Assembly (NCBI GenBank): GCA_026397135.1
Contig: JAPLVL010000020.1
Location: 17,679-59,025 of the forward strand
Length of the DNA stretch: 41,347 nucleotides
Reading direction: 5' to 3'
DNA from: Candidatus Berkelbacteria bacterium
GTDB lineage: Bacteria > Patescibacteriota > UBA1384 > XYA2-FULL-43-10 > 1-14-0-10-43-13
Positions 1 to 8,132 of the stretch are shown here, piece after piece (position 1 is the first letter of the stretch; the number at the start of each line of letters is the position of its first letter). The notes beneath the pieces were generated by a model. It ran no database searches, was not told the DNA's origin, and worked only from the letters and a program-made list of their open reading frames with translations. Both the position numbers and the translations under genes were made by a program.

Positions 1-75
1 CTTCTTACTTCTTACTTCTTTCTTCTTTCTTCTTTCCTCTTTCTTCTATCCTACCGCCCCTTACTTCTTACTTCT
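1..75. repeat. Heptamer tandem repeat (TTACTTC/TTTCTTC) overlapping the rsmI 3' end
   Basis: cttcttacttcttacttctttcttctttcttc... and ttacttcttacttctt over the stop codon. Confidence 0.8.
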
Positions 76-849
76 TACTAATAAAGTTACCTCCCCTTTC
101 AATTGATGACTGGGAAGATCAGAAATTAGATCAGATACCGTACCGCCCCAATACTCTTCAAATATCTTCGTCATTTCTCGAGCAATGAAAACTTCTACAT
201 TGTCACCGAAATAGCCCTTAATTTCCCCCAGAGTCTTTTCTAAGCGCATTGCGGATTCGTAGATGATAATTGGGCAGTCCAAGGAAATTAATTGCTTAAA
301 TTTGGTCTGGCGGCCTTTTTTCTTGGGCATGAATCCGGCAAAATAAAATTCCTTCTCGATCATCCCACTCACGCTGGCCGCTGCCGCCACTGCACTCACC
401 CCCGGAATCGGAATCACCTTTATTCTTTCTTCTTCCTTCTTTATTCTTCCGATCAATTCCTGCCCAGGATCACTAATCCCAGGTGTTCCAGCATCCGTGA
501 CAAGTGCAATATCTTTTCCAGTCTGCAATTCTTCGATAATGTATTCTATCTTTGACAATTTAGAATGCTGAAAATACGAGACAACTGGCTTCTTTATGTC
601 AAAATGTTTCAACAAATTACCAGTTACTCTAGTGTCTTCGCAAGCAATCAAATCAACAGATTTCAGGGTTTCGATCGCGCGGAAAGTGATGTCGCCTAGA
701 TTCCCAATCGGAGTCGCCACGATAAACAAGGTCCCCATTTTGTTCTCATCCCCGCGCGCTTTGTTGCCATTTCCACCCTTTTTATTGCCATTCCCACTCT
801 CTTTGTTGTCATTCCCGCGAAAGCGGGAATCCATTCCAATATCTTTCAT
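61..849 (-). CDS. rsmI: 16S rRNA (cytidine1402-2'-O)-methyltransferase RsmI, with a possible repeat-derived N-terminal extension (alternative start 738)
   Basis: Motifs LFIVATPIGNLGDITFRA, IACEDTR, VTDAGTPGISDPG, IPIPGVSA, AREMTKIFEE, KGEVTL. Confidence 0.96.
   Translation of the reverse strand: MKDIGMDSRFRGNDNKESGNGNKKGGNGNKARGDENKMGTLFIVATPIGNLGDITFRAIETLKSVDLIACEDTRVTGNLLKHFDIKKPVVSYFQHSKLSKIEYIIEELQTGKDIALVTDAGTPGISDPGQELIGRIKKEEERIKVIPIPGVSAVAAAASVSGMIEKEFYFAGFMPKKKGRQTKFKQLISLDCPIIIYESAMRLEKTLGEIKGYFGDNVEVFIAREMTKIFEEYWGGTVSDLISDLPSHQLKGEVTLLVRSKK
808..833. repeat. Palindromic REP/dRS3/RPE-like element GTCATTCCCGCGAAAGCGGGAATCCA
   Basis: Stem ATTCCCGC-GAAA-GCGGGAAT; encodes MDSRFRGND in the rsmI frame. 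Confidence 0.85.
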
Positions 850-871
850 AATTATCCTATAACTATTCGCC

Positions 872-940
872 TTAATTCTGGATTCTTAATTCTGAATCCT
901 TAATTCTGAATTCTTACTTCTTACTTCTTGCTTCTTGCTA
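872..940. repeat. Heptamer tandem array (TAATTCT/GAATTCT/TTACTTC variants)
   Basis: About 9-10 degenerate 7-nt units upstream of rsmI. Confidence 0.85.
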
Positions 941-979
941 TTTACTTCCCACAACTAAATTTATCACAATTTTGCGATA

Positions 980-988
980 TTATCCACA
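980..988 (+). promoter_or_regulatory. Perfect DnaA box TTATCCACA
   Basis: Exact consensus match, 20 bp upstream of a -35 element. Confidence 0.55.
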
Positions 989-1007
989 GCGAGGAGCCAA
1001 AATATCA

Positions 1008-1036
1008 TTGACTACACTAACATATAGTTGTATAAT
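1008..1036 (+). promoter_or_regulatory. Sigma70-type promoter
   Basis: TTGACT-17 bp-TATAAT. Confidence 0.75.
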
Positions 1037-1069
1037 TATAAACAACACTCTGGTTCTGGAGGATTTGTA

Positions 1070-1399
1070 ATGAAAAGCGATGAGTCAGATGTAGCTGAGC
1101 TGATCCTACACTTCATGCCGCCACGGGGCGAAAAGGATCCCGACCCGGATTCTCGGATCACCTTTCTAGTCGAGATGACCATCTCGCAGAGTTCAAACGG
1201 AACGAAATTCATTCCGAAGATCGTCAATCCTCGTCCAGTCGGTCTGGAATGGATTGAATTCGATTTCCAGCCAAATATTTCCACCAATGGAATCATTTGG
1301 CTTCGCCACCATGGCGAATTACTGAGATTTCAGTTCGTCGCCCTGATTATGAGAAACAGGAAGAACAAAAAGCACACACATAGCCCGATCCCCCAATAG
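1070..1399 (+). CDS. Hypothetical protein (109 aa)
   Basis: GGAGG at 1058-1062 before ATG 1070; own promoter and terminator; the ORF-track start 1028 overlaps the -10 box. Confidence 0.7.
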   Translation: MKSDESDVAELILHFMPPRGEKDPDPDSRITFLVEMTISQSSNGTKFIPKIVNPRPVGLEWIEFDFQPNISTNGIIWLRHHGELLRFQFVALIMRNRKNKKHTHSPIPQ

Positions 1400-1418
1400 G
1401 GGCTCGGGCTAATTTTTT
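1381..1418 (+). terminator. Intrinsic terminator
   Basis: TAGCCCGA..CCCC/GGGG..TCGGGCTA stem followed by a T-run. Confidence 0.75.
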
Positions 1419-1484
1419 GTATTGTTTAGTAACCCTGAATAAATGAAAAACGAGGCTGCACGTCATGTGCAACCTCGCCTCGGT

Positions 1485-1640
1485 TTATTTCTTTTGAAAC
1501 TTTTTGACTGTCTGATCTATAGCCGACACTACCAGCTCCAAGCCGACCAAGACCAGTCCCGCTGTCGCCCATCCTGAACCGGCGGGGTGATTGGCATGCG
1601 CCCACAATATCAGAGCGATACCAAATAGTATTGTTTTCAT
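1485..1640 (-). CDS. Small membrane protein (51 aa, two hydrophobic segments), below the ORF-track cutoff
   Basis: MKTILFGIALILWAHANHPAGSGWATAGLVLVGLELVVSAIDQTVKKFQKK; GGAGG SD upstream; hairpin plus T-run at 1451-1477 downstream. Confidence 0.65.
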   Translation of the reverse strand: MKTILFGIALILWAHANHPAGSGWATAGLVLVGLELVVSAIDQTVKKFQKK

Positions 1641-1757
1641 CTTTCCCTCCCTAGGTTGGCGGACAAGTTTTCCGCATCAACCTCATAACCAAATTCAAAT
1701 TCATGTCTTCAACTTTTCGCTTTTAGCTTATAGCTAATTTGAATCTGCTTATGAGGT

Positions 1758-1780
1758 GGGAACGCCTCCGTGGCGTTCCC
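1758..1780. repeat. REP-like palindrome GGGAACGCCTCCGTGGCGTTCCC, copy 1
   Basis: 9-bp perfect stem; identical copy at 1970-1992. Confidence 0.85.
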
Positions 1781-1969
1781 TTGCTCCTTTGATCCTCTTG
1801 TCCCCCCACGTTTGGCTAATCCTCGCCGCACAAGGGTTGTTGGGCAGGCACCCTACCTTTCCATAGCTTCGCAGTCAAATTCCATTTCGACTGTTTGGGA
1901 TGTGCTACTCCTGCCCTCAATGAACTCTGCTTCTGAACTCATTTATATTTCTGAGCCCAGGAGTGAGTC

Positions 1970-1992
1970 GGGAACGCCTCCGTGGCGTTCCC
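1970..1992. repeat. REP-like palindrome GGGAACGCCTCCGTGGCGTTCCC, copy 2
   Basis: Identical 23-mer, direct repeat of 1758-1780. Confidence 0.85.
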
Positions 1993-2000
1993 GAGTGTGT

Positions 2001-2540
2001 TTAGTCGGCCGGTAATTTGAACGGTGCCACGACAATTCGTGGCTCGATGTAAACCGGCTTTACATCTTTTCCGTGCGGATCCTTCAGAAGGACCCATGTC
2101 CCCTCCGCTGAAGAGGGAGAGAAAAGTCCGTTCGGATCGGCTTGCGGTAGCACCACATAACCACTGTGATACTCCGCCTTTTGGGGGTTCGTAAATTGGG
2201 TGGCATATGGTATGCCATACCCAATCGATTCGCCCATGAAAGTCAATTTTCCTCCCAACGCCGTTTTCCCTTTCACAGGAGACGGGCTGAGATTCTCGAT
2301 GTAGGTGTAGGTTGCGAGACCGTCTTGGTCTCGCAACTCCAGGATGTCTTTTAAAAGCTTCCGTTCCCGAAAGTTTTTAATAGAAGGCATTCCTGTTTGG
2401 GCTGTTCCTTCAGCCAAAATTTTCTCTTGCGCTTCGCGCTGGGTTTCATCACTGGTTGGTTCGCAACCGGATGCACCCATCAGAAAGATGCACATTGCAC
2501 CCAATGCGGCGACAACGGCGATTTTTGCGTAGATGTTCAC
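2001..2540 (-). CDS. Hypothetical lipoprotein
   Basis: Signal peptide ending LMGASG-C (lipobox-like); SD AGGAG before GTG; C-terminal GYGIPYATQFTNP and LPQADPNGLFSP. Confidence 0.8.
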   Translation of the reverse strand: MNIYAKIAVVAALGAMCIFLMGASGCEPTSDETQREAQEKILAEGTAQTGMPSIKNFRERKLLKDILELRDQDGLATYTYIENLSPSPVKGKTALGGKLTFMGESIGYGIPYATQFTNPQKAEYHSGYVVLPQADPNGLFSPSSAEGTWVLLKDPHGKDVKPVYIEPRIVVAPFKLPAD

Positions 2541-2550
2541 TACTCTCTCC

Positions 2551-2898
2551 TTAGCGACCGAGCTCGCGGTCGCGTTTCAATCCTCGGATAAAGTCGCGTA
2601 AATCCGCGGGCATTTTATCTTCGGGGTAGTCGGCACTTCTGTGCAAGATGATCGATGCCAACGCTTCCTTGTGGGATTTGTCAGCTTGGATGTACTGATA
2701 CTGCATGTTCTGTAGCTCTTGTATCATCCCATGGTTATAGGATCTGGTCTGCTCGAAGGTTTCCCTTCGGACCTGCTCATACTTCGGCGCGAACGCCTTG
2801 TATAAGAAGAAATCATTCCCCTGGAGTATCCAGGCTAGCGCCAAAATCAGCGCTAGGATTCCAAGACAAGCGCCAATCGCCTGCATTGTTTCCTTCAT
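2551..2898 (-). CDS. Hypothetical membrane-anchored protein, co-transcribed with the lipoprotein
   Basis: N-terminal TM helix; GGGAG SD; 10-nt gap to the next gene. Confidence 0.8.
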   Translation of the reverse strand: MKETMQAIGACLGILALILALAWILQGNDFFLYKAFAPKYEQVRRETFEQTRSYNHGMIQELQNMQYQYIQADKSHKEALASIILHRSADYPEDKMPADLRDFIRGLKRDRELGR

Positions 2899-2964
2899 TT
2901 ACGTTTCTCCCTTGTCAATGTGCTCCGCCTTGTCCGTTAATTCCGTCCTCAGCGTGCAAGAGAC

Positions 2965-2993
2965 ATTATACAAAATAGTGATGATTTTGTCAA
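2965..2993 (-). promoter_or_regulatory. Perfect sigma70 promoter of the 2898-2001 operon
   Basis: TTGACA-17 bp-TATAAT on the minus strand. Confidence 0.8.
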
Positions 2994-3179
2994 TCATATT
3001 TGACACAAATTGCTGACTATTTTCTGCTTTGATTTAACTTTTGAAAAACGGGATTTTATGCTTATTATGCCTGCTAAAACCAATAATTTAGTGTGTAAAA
3101 ATAGTTAAAATGTTGTAATTATCAATATTTATTGACAATTATATTGAATTTTGATACACTTTTACCAAAAGGAGATCAA

Positions 3180-4001
3180 ATGTCTATTTCAAAAAAGGAC
3201 AGCCAAGCCAAATATAGTCAACTTTTGGTTGACCTAGGACTGACCGAAAAAGAGGCCAAAATTTATGAAACACTGCTCGACACAGGCCAGCAAGGCATCA
3301 AGAAATTACTAGAGTCCACCCCCTACAAACGCGGTGACCTATACAATATTCTCTATTCTTTGCGCGACAAAGGCATTATTGAACAAACACTCAGGAACCG
3401 GCGGATTGAATTCCGCGCTTTACACCCCCAAACTCTTATCAACTTTCTCAACCGCAAGAAGGAAAACATCAAAACAGCCGAGGTTTCACTGGAAGCTCAG
3501 ATGGCAAACTTGATAACTGATTATTCTCTCTTCGCTACCAAACCAACCGTCAGCTATTTTGAGGGGATCGAGGGTCTGGAAAAGATATATACTCTTCTCA
3601 ACACCTCCTGCAGGAAGGATATACTTCTCATACGATCTATTTACGATGACGATACCAAAGAAGAAATCGAATTGATTGGGAGTCAATTCAAGAAGCAAAT
3701 CAAACTCGGGATCAAGACAAAAGCTTTGACCCCCAAAGATGAGAATGCTCTAGAGACATATTGGCAAAACGACAAGAAATATTTGATCGAACGCCGGATT
3801 GTCGAGCGCTACAAATTTTCCCTACCTGCTCAAATCATGGTTTGGGGCAACTCTGTCGCCATTTGCTCAATGCGCAAAACCGGAGTATCCACTCTAATAG
3901 AGGACAAGGATATCGCCCAAACCTTCAAAATTATTTTTGAATACATCTGGGACAGTACCGAAAAATATCACGAGAAAAAATATGAGCGAACTGGCAAATA
4001 A
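3180..4001 (+). CDS. TrmB-family transcriptional regulator
   Basis: LGLTEKEAKIYETLL...LYNILYSLRDKGII HTH; KPTVSYFEGIEG; AGGAG SD before ATG 3180; TTGACA at 3132 is a -35 box. Confidence 0.88.
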   Translation: MSISKKDSQAKYSQLLVDLGLTEKEAKIYETLLDTGQQGIKKLLESTPYKRGDLYNILYSLRDKGIIEQTLRNRRIEFRALHPQTLINFLNRKKENIKTAEVSLEAQMANLITDYSLFATKPTVSYFEGIEGLEKIYTLLNTSCRKDILLIRSIYDDDTKEEIELIGSQFKKQIKLGIKTKALTPKDENALETYWQNDKKYLIERRIVERYKFSLPAQIMVWGNSVAICSMRKTGVSTLIEDKDIAQTFKIIFEYIWDSTEKYHEKKYERTGK

Positions 4002-4087
4002 TATTAGATAAAAATAGTCCAAACTTTAATTTGTAACTCCACAGAAGCGAATATTACGCAAAGAATGAGCCATTTTGAATATTTAGT

Positions 4088-5464
4088 CTATCCAAAGAAT
4101 GAATAAATCGTGGCTATGCCGGCGATAGTCATCAGAGCGACACAGAGCCAGCCCAGAATCTTCGAAAAAGCGCCACTTGTGTATTGCCCCATAACTTTCT
4201 TGTTACTCGAGAGAAGCACAATCACAATCAGAAGTAGTGGCGCAGCTAGACCGTTGGCAACAGCTGAATAGATCAGAGCTTTGATTGGGTCGAGACCAAT
4301 GAAGTTAAAACCCAATCCCAGTACAGTTGCGATAATAATTACACCGTAGAAAGCACTGGCCTGTTTCAGCTTGAAATTCAAACCCTCTTTCCAATTAAAT
4401 GCCTCCGACAAAGCATACGAAATCGAGCCGGCTAGCACCGGAATAGCGAGGAGGCCAATACCGATGACTCCCGCAGCAAATAGCAAATAAGCGTTGTCAC
4501 CTGCGATTGGCCGGAGTGCATTTGCCGCATCAGCAGCAGAACCAATATTTGTAATCCCAACTTTGTGCAAGACCGTAGCACAAACAGAAACAATGAAGAA
4601 CATCACCAGGTTGGAATAAAACATTCCCGACCAGACATCCGTCTTCATATGACCAATTTGTTCCGAAGTAATATTTTGCTGGCGCAGCTTCACGCTTGAA
4701 TCACCCTGCTCAATCCGATCCTCTACCTCCTGTGATGCCTGCCAGAAGAACAGGTAAGGAGAAATGGTAGTGCCAAGAATTCCACAAATCAAAATTATCT
4801 GATCTTTGTCAAGCGACAGTGACGGTATAACCAAACCTTTGAATGCAGCATGCCAATCCATCGCGACCGCCGGAATAAATGCCGTGAAAATGTAAGCAAG
4901 TAGTGCAAAGGAGAGGTATTTGAGATATTTCGAATAAACTCGATAACTAACAAAGATTTGTAGAGCCAAAGTGATGATAGTGAAAATAATCGCAAGTGAA
5001 GTAAAACTATGATTTGGCAAAAGTAGTTTTGCCGATGCAGCCATTGCGCCAAGATCAGCCCCGATGTTGAAAAGGTTCGCCCCAAGAAGGAGCAAGGTGG
5101 CAGCAATCAAAACCCATCTGGGAAAATATCGCTTGATATTAGAGCCAAGGCCACGACCTGTGACCAATCCTATTCTGGCGCACATTTCCTGTACTCCGGC
5201 CATCAATGGGAAGGTGAAGAGAGCAAGCCAATTGAGCTGAAAGCCATATTTTGCCCCCTGCTGAGAGTAGGTAGCAATACCAGAACAATCATCATCTGCT
5301 GCTCCCGTAGTAAGTCCCGGTCCCAAAAGATCCCAGTATTCCTTCGCCTTTTTGACTGGCTCGCCAGCATGAACAAACTCCCCGACCTCCTTGGTGGCTT
5401 CAATTGTCTTATCCAAGACAACGGCTGGAGACTCCACAATTTTCTCTACTACGTCTTTCGGCAT
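4088..5464 (-). CDS. NRAMP-family divalent metal transporter (MntH-like)
   Basis: LGPGLTTGAADDDCSGIATYSQ, QEMCARIGLVTGRGL, GTTISPYLFFWQ; many TM helices. Confidence 0.9.
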   Translation of the reverse strand: MPKDVVEKIVESPAVVLDKTIEATKEVGEFVHAGEPVKKAKEYWDLLGPGLTTGAADDDCSGIATYSQQGAKYGFQLNWLALFTFPLMAGVQEMCARIGLVTGRGLGSNIKRYFPRWVLIAATLLLLGANLFNIGADLGAMAASAKLLLPNHSFTSLAIIFTIITLALQIFVSYRVYSKYLKYLSFALLAYIFTAFIPAVAMDWHAAFKGLVIPSLSLDKDQIILICGILGTTISPYLFFWQASQEVEDRIEQGDSSVKLRQQNITSEQIGHMKTDVWSGMFYSNLVMFFIVSVCATVLHKVGITNIGSAADAANALRPIAGDNAYLLFAAGVIGIGLLAIPVLAGSISYALSEAFNWKEGLNFKLKQASAFYGVIIIATVLGLGFNFIGLDPIKALIYSAVANGLAAPLLLIVIVLLSSNKKVMGQYTSGAFSKILGWLCVALMTIAGIATIYSFFG

Positions 5465-5560
5465 ATTTCCCTCCCTAAGATTTGAATTAAGAATGACGAA
5501 TTATAAATAAGGGTTCTACCCCACCGGGCAGAGCACGGACCTTTGGGTGGCGCCTAATTT

Positions 5561-6487
5561 TTAATTCCTAATTCCTAATTCTTCTAACAGTCTTGACCAT
5601 TCATCCAAGCTCAACTCCTGTGCTCGAACACTTTCATTCAAACCGATTGATTTTATTATATCTGCTGCCAGATTTTTATCAATATGGAAACCAGCACTCA
5701 GATTATTTGCCAGAGTTTTGCGTTTACTAGCAAAACCAATGTGAACAAGATGAAAAAAAGCTTTTTCGTCAACCTTAATTCTTTCTTCTTCCTTCTTTAT
5801 TCTTATTCTCAGTATCGCCGAGTCAACTTCTGGAGCTGGGAAAAATGATTCCTTTGGCACAATATCAATTATCCCAGGATCGCCATAATACTGAATTGAG
5901 ATTGCGAGCACCGACATATCACCAGGCATTGAGCAAATTCGCTCTGCTACTTCCTTCTGTACCAACATTACTATCACGTCTGGCTTATTTTTTGACTCCA
6001 GGAATAGTCGCAATATCTTCGAAGTGATATAGTACGGGATATTTGCCACTACTTTATACTTCTGATTTCCAATCAGTTCTGGAATATTTACAGTCAGAAT
6101 ATCGGAATTAAGGACCGTAAGCGTGTCATTTCGACCCGCCTCGGCAGCAGGCAGGCCACTCGACTTGTCGAGGCTGGAGAAATCTTTTGAAAGATCTCTC
6201 GGCTCCGGTTGGTCGGTCGAGATAACAGAAGATAGAATACTAGCCAATTTCTCATCCTTCTCAATCGCAATCACCTTGCCAACGCGTGAAACTAATTCGG
6301 TCGTCAATGCTCCTAAGCCTGGTCCAACCTCAACCACGGTATCGTTAGGCCCTAATTCTGCAGACTGAATAATTTTTTCCAAAACATCTCTTGAAATCAA
6401 AAAATTCTGCCCCAAACTGTGCTTGGCCCAGAGATTATTTGCCTTCAAATATATAATCAATTGTGATTTATCGGTTAAGTCTACCAT
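5561..6487 (-). CDS. rsmA: 16S rRNA adenine dimethyltransferase RsmA/KsgA with an in-frame repeat insertion
   Basis: KHSLGQNFL, VEVGPGLGALT, VANIPYYITS, MVQKEVAERI, FFPAPEVDSA. Confidence 0.96.
   Translation of the reverse strand: MVDLTDKSQLIIYLKANNLWAKHSLGQNFLISRDVLEKIIQSAELGPNDTVVEVGPGLGALTTELVSRVGKVIAIEKDEKLASILSSVISTDQPEPRDLSKDFSSLDKSSGLPAAEAGRNDTLTVLNSDILTVNIPELIGNQKYKVVANIPYYITSKILRLFLESKNKPDVIVMLVQKEVAERICSMPGDMSVLAISIQYYGDPGIIDIVPKESFFPAPEVDSAILRIRIKKEEERIKVDEKAFFHLVHIGFASKRKTLANNLSAGFHIDKNLAADIIKSIGLNESVRAQELSLDEWSRLLEELGIRN
6125..6226. repeat. Composite palindromic element inserted in rsmA (102 bp)
   Basis: GTCATTTCGAC...GGAGAAATCT / AGATCTCTC...GTCGAGATAAC; encodes VISTDQPEPRDLSKDFSSLDKSSGLPAAEAGRND. 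Confidence 0.8.
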
Positions 6488-6595
6488 TTTTATATTTATA
6501 ATTTATTTCCAATACACCATTGTTTTGCATATTAAATCATTGACTACAAGACTTCTCCACCCTCAGGGGCGATATGATAAATCGAAAATTCAAAT

Positions 6596-7603
6596 TTACT
6601 TCCAAGTTCCTGGCCAGCGACCTGAGTATCCGTGAGTGACAGCCCAAGCAGTAACATAAATCTGGGCTTTTGGGTCTAGAACACTTGCGCCAGTATACCC
6701 AGCTTTCGCCGAGACCGTAGCCCACAGCCCATCAGTATATTGGAAAAGACCACTATATGGCCCATCAGGGTTCACCGAATCGGCATGACCATAACTCTCG
6801 ACTTTCATCAAATTACAAATGCGATCAGGATCTACTCCGTTTTTGATTGAAGCGTCCAGCACCCAATCATTGTACTTGCACCAACCGGTTATGACAGGTT
6901 TGGTCCCTATAATCAAGATCTGATCAACTGGCTGCTTCGTCACAGTCGTATCGATCAATTTGCGTGATACCTCGACTCCATCTTCTCGCCTGACCTCGTA
7001 TGTCAAAACCTTTTCGCCTTTTGCCCCAGCTTGGTCAATTCGCGTTTTGCCTTTGTCCAGAGTATTATCGTTCTTCTGAATGATCTTGAAATCAATCGAG
7101 AGTGTCTTCTTGGCCTGAGTTATGGCAACTCTGGTAATTTTAACAGACATTCCACTAGATAATTCCGTCGCCAGGGGAATATCGGTTTTATCATTTGGCA
7201 ACAACTCTATTTGCTGCTCGTCGAACAGATCAGAGACTGTCTTGGCCCAACTTCTAACCGGAATTTTCTTCTTGCCGTCATAAATCGTTATTTCTGGAGC
7301 TCGATATAGCGAAATTCTCGAACCGATACCCATCTTGATATCAGGAAATTCTTTGAATCTATCCTCGACAAACGGATTTGCTCCCAAATCCTGTGACACA
7401 TCAAAAGCCGTATTACCACCACTGACCCCTGTAATTTCATTTACTTCAGTACCAGAAGCATCAAAGGTAACTACAACATACGGCCGACTAATTTCTGTCG
7501 GTGAATTACTTGCCGAAACAGCTGGACTGCTCGTCGTAAGTACCGAAGCAAACCCAACCGGCAAGACAAGACTTGCTAGTATTAGTTTTAAATTCAATCT
7601 CAT
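6596..7603 (-). CDS. RpfB/YabE-like secreted protein: DUF348 ubiquitin-like + G5 domain + lysozyme-like/transglycosylase C-terminus
   Basis: Signal peptide; G5-like LDKGKTRIDQAGAKGEK...PVDQILIIGTK; VES...SGLFQY..W catalytic pattern; typical position upstream of rsmA. Confidence 0.85.
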   Translation of the reverse strand: MRLNLKLILASLVLPVGFASVLTTSSPAVSASNSPTEISRPYVVVTFDASGTEVNEITGVSGGNTAFDVSQDLGANPFVEDRFKEFPDIKMGIGSRISLYRAPEITIYDGKKKIPVRSWAKTVSDLFDEQQIELLPNDKTDIPLATELSSGMSVKITRVAITQAKKTLSIDFKIIQKNDNTLDKGKTRIDQAGAKGEKVLTYEVRREDGVEVSRKLIDTTVTKQPVDQILIIGTKPVITGWCKYNDWVLDASIKNGVDPDRICNLMKVESYGHADSVNPDGPYSGLFQYTDGLWATVSAKAGYTGASVLDPKAQIYVTAWAVTHGYSGRWPGTWK

Positions 7604-7669
7604 GGTATTGAGCAAACACTTGGATTGCTCAATACCATTTTACCGCCACCAATGGCAAAGTCAATGGAC

Positions 7670-7920
7670 AAAAAACAGGAGATAGGAATAGTCCTATCTC
7701 CTTGAAGTTAGTATTCTCGGTACAGACCAAGCGCTTTCTCGAGATTACTCGAAGAGTTGGGTCGGTATATCGGCTCTGGTTTTTGCGCAATCCGAGGAAA
7801 ACGCAACAGGAAGTTGAGAGTTCCAGCCAATCCATTTCGGAAAAGGGAGGAAACAGTAGAAAACGAAATAAATTCTCGCTTTTCATTCTTACCCATATTT
7901 CCCCCAGGAACACCGGATAA
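7670..7920 (-). ncRNA. Candidate ~250-nt structured small RNA
   Basis: TTGACA-16-TATAAT at 7953-7926; several hairpins; terminator AGGAGATAGGA/TCCTATCTCCT plus T-run at 7704-7670; no credible ORF. Confidence 0.55.
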
Positions 7921-8065
7921 GAATTATTATAGACCGCTCTCAACAATTGTCAAAAATGTGATAATCGGTATCCTCAAAATCAGGCTTCCAAGAAGAACTT
8001 AATACTTAATCCTGACTTCTAACTTCTGATTATTTGTTTCGTAATCCTAACCGAAGCTGCACAAT

Positions 8066-8132
8066 GTCATGCTGAACTTGTTTCAGCATCTGTCTATAAT
8101 ATACAAAGATCCCGAAACGAGTTCGGGATGAC
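8066..8132. repeat. Intergenic GTCAT...ATGAC double-hairpin palindromic element
   Basis: GTCATGCTGAACTTGTTTCAGCATCT...AGATCCCGAAACGAGTTCGGGATGAC. Confidence 0.85.

Noticed and set aside
1758-1992. Mini CRISPR array or c-di-GMP-I riboswitch
   Set aside because: Only two repeats with a 189-nt spacer and no cas genes; only superficial CAAAC..GAAA similarity to the riboswitch
3132-3179. Extended TrmB N-terminus from TTG 3132; similarly the track starts at 1028, 11695, 21484, 24404, 26995 (DJ-1) and 39316
   Set aside because: These starts fall in promoter, repeat or intergenic sequence; downstream ATGs fit the SD or the domain boundary better
7780-7830. RNase P RNA (GAGGAAA...GCAACAG on the + strand)
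   Set aside because: Lacks GAGGAAAGTCC and the 3' P4 strand; promoter and terminator are on the other strand
7629-8002. Four overlapping short ORFs (62-105 aa) in the ORF track
   Set aside because: No recognisable motifs; the longest starts inside the promoter spacer and runs through a terminator
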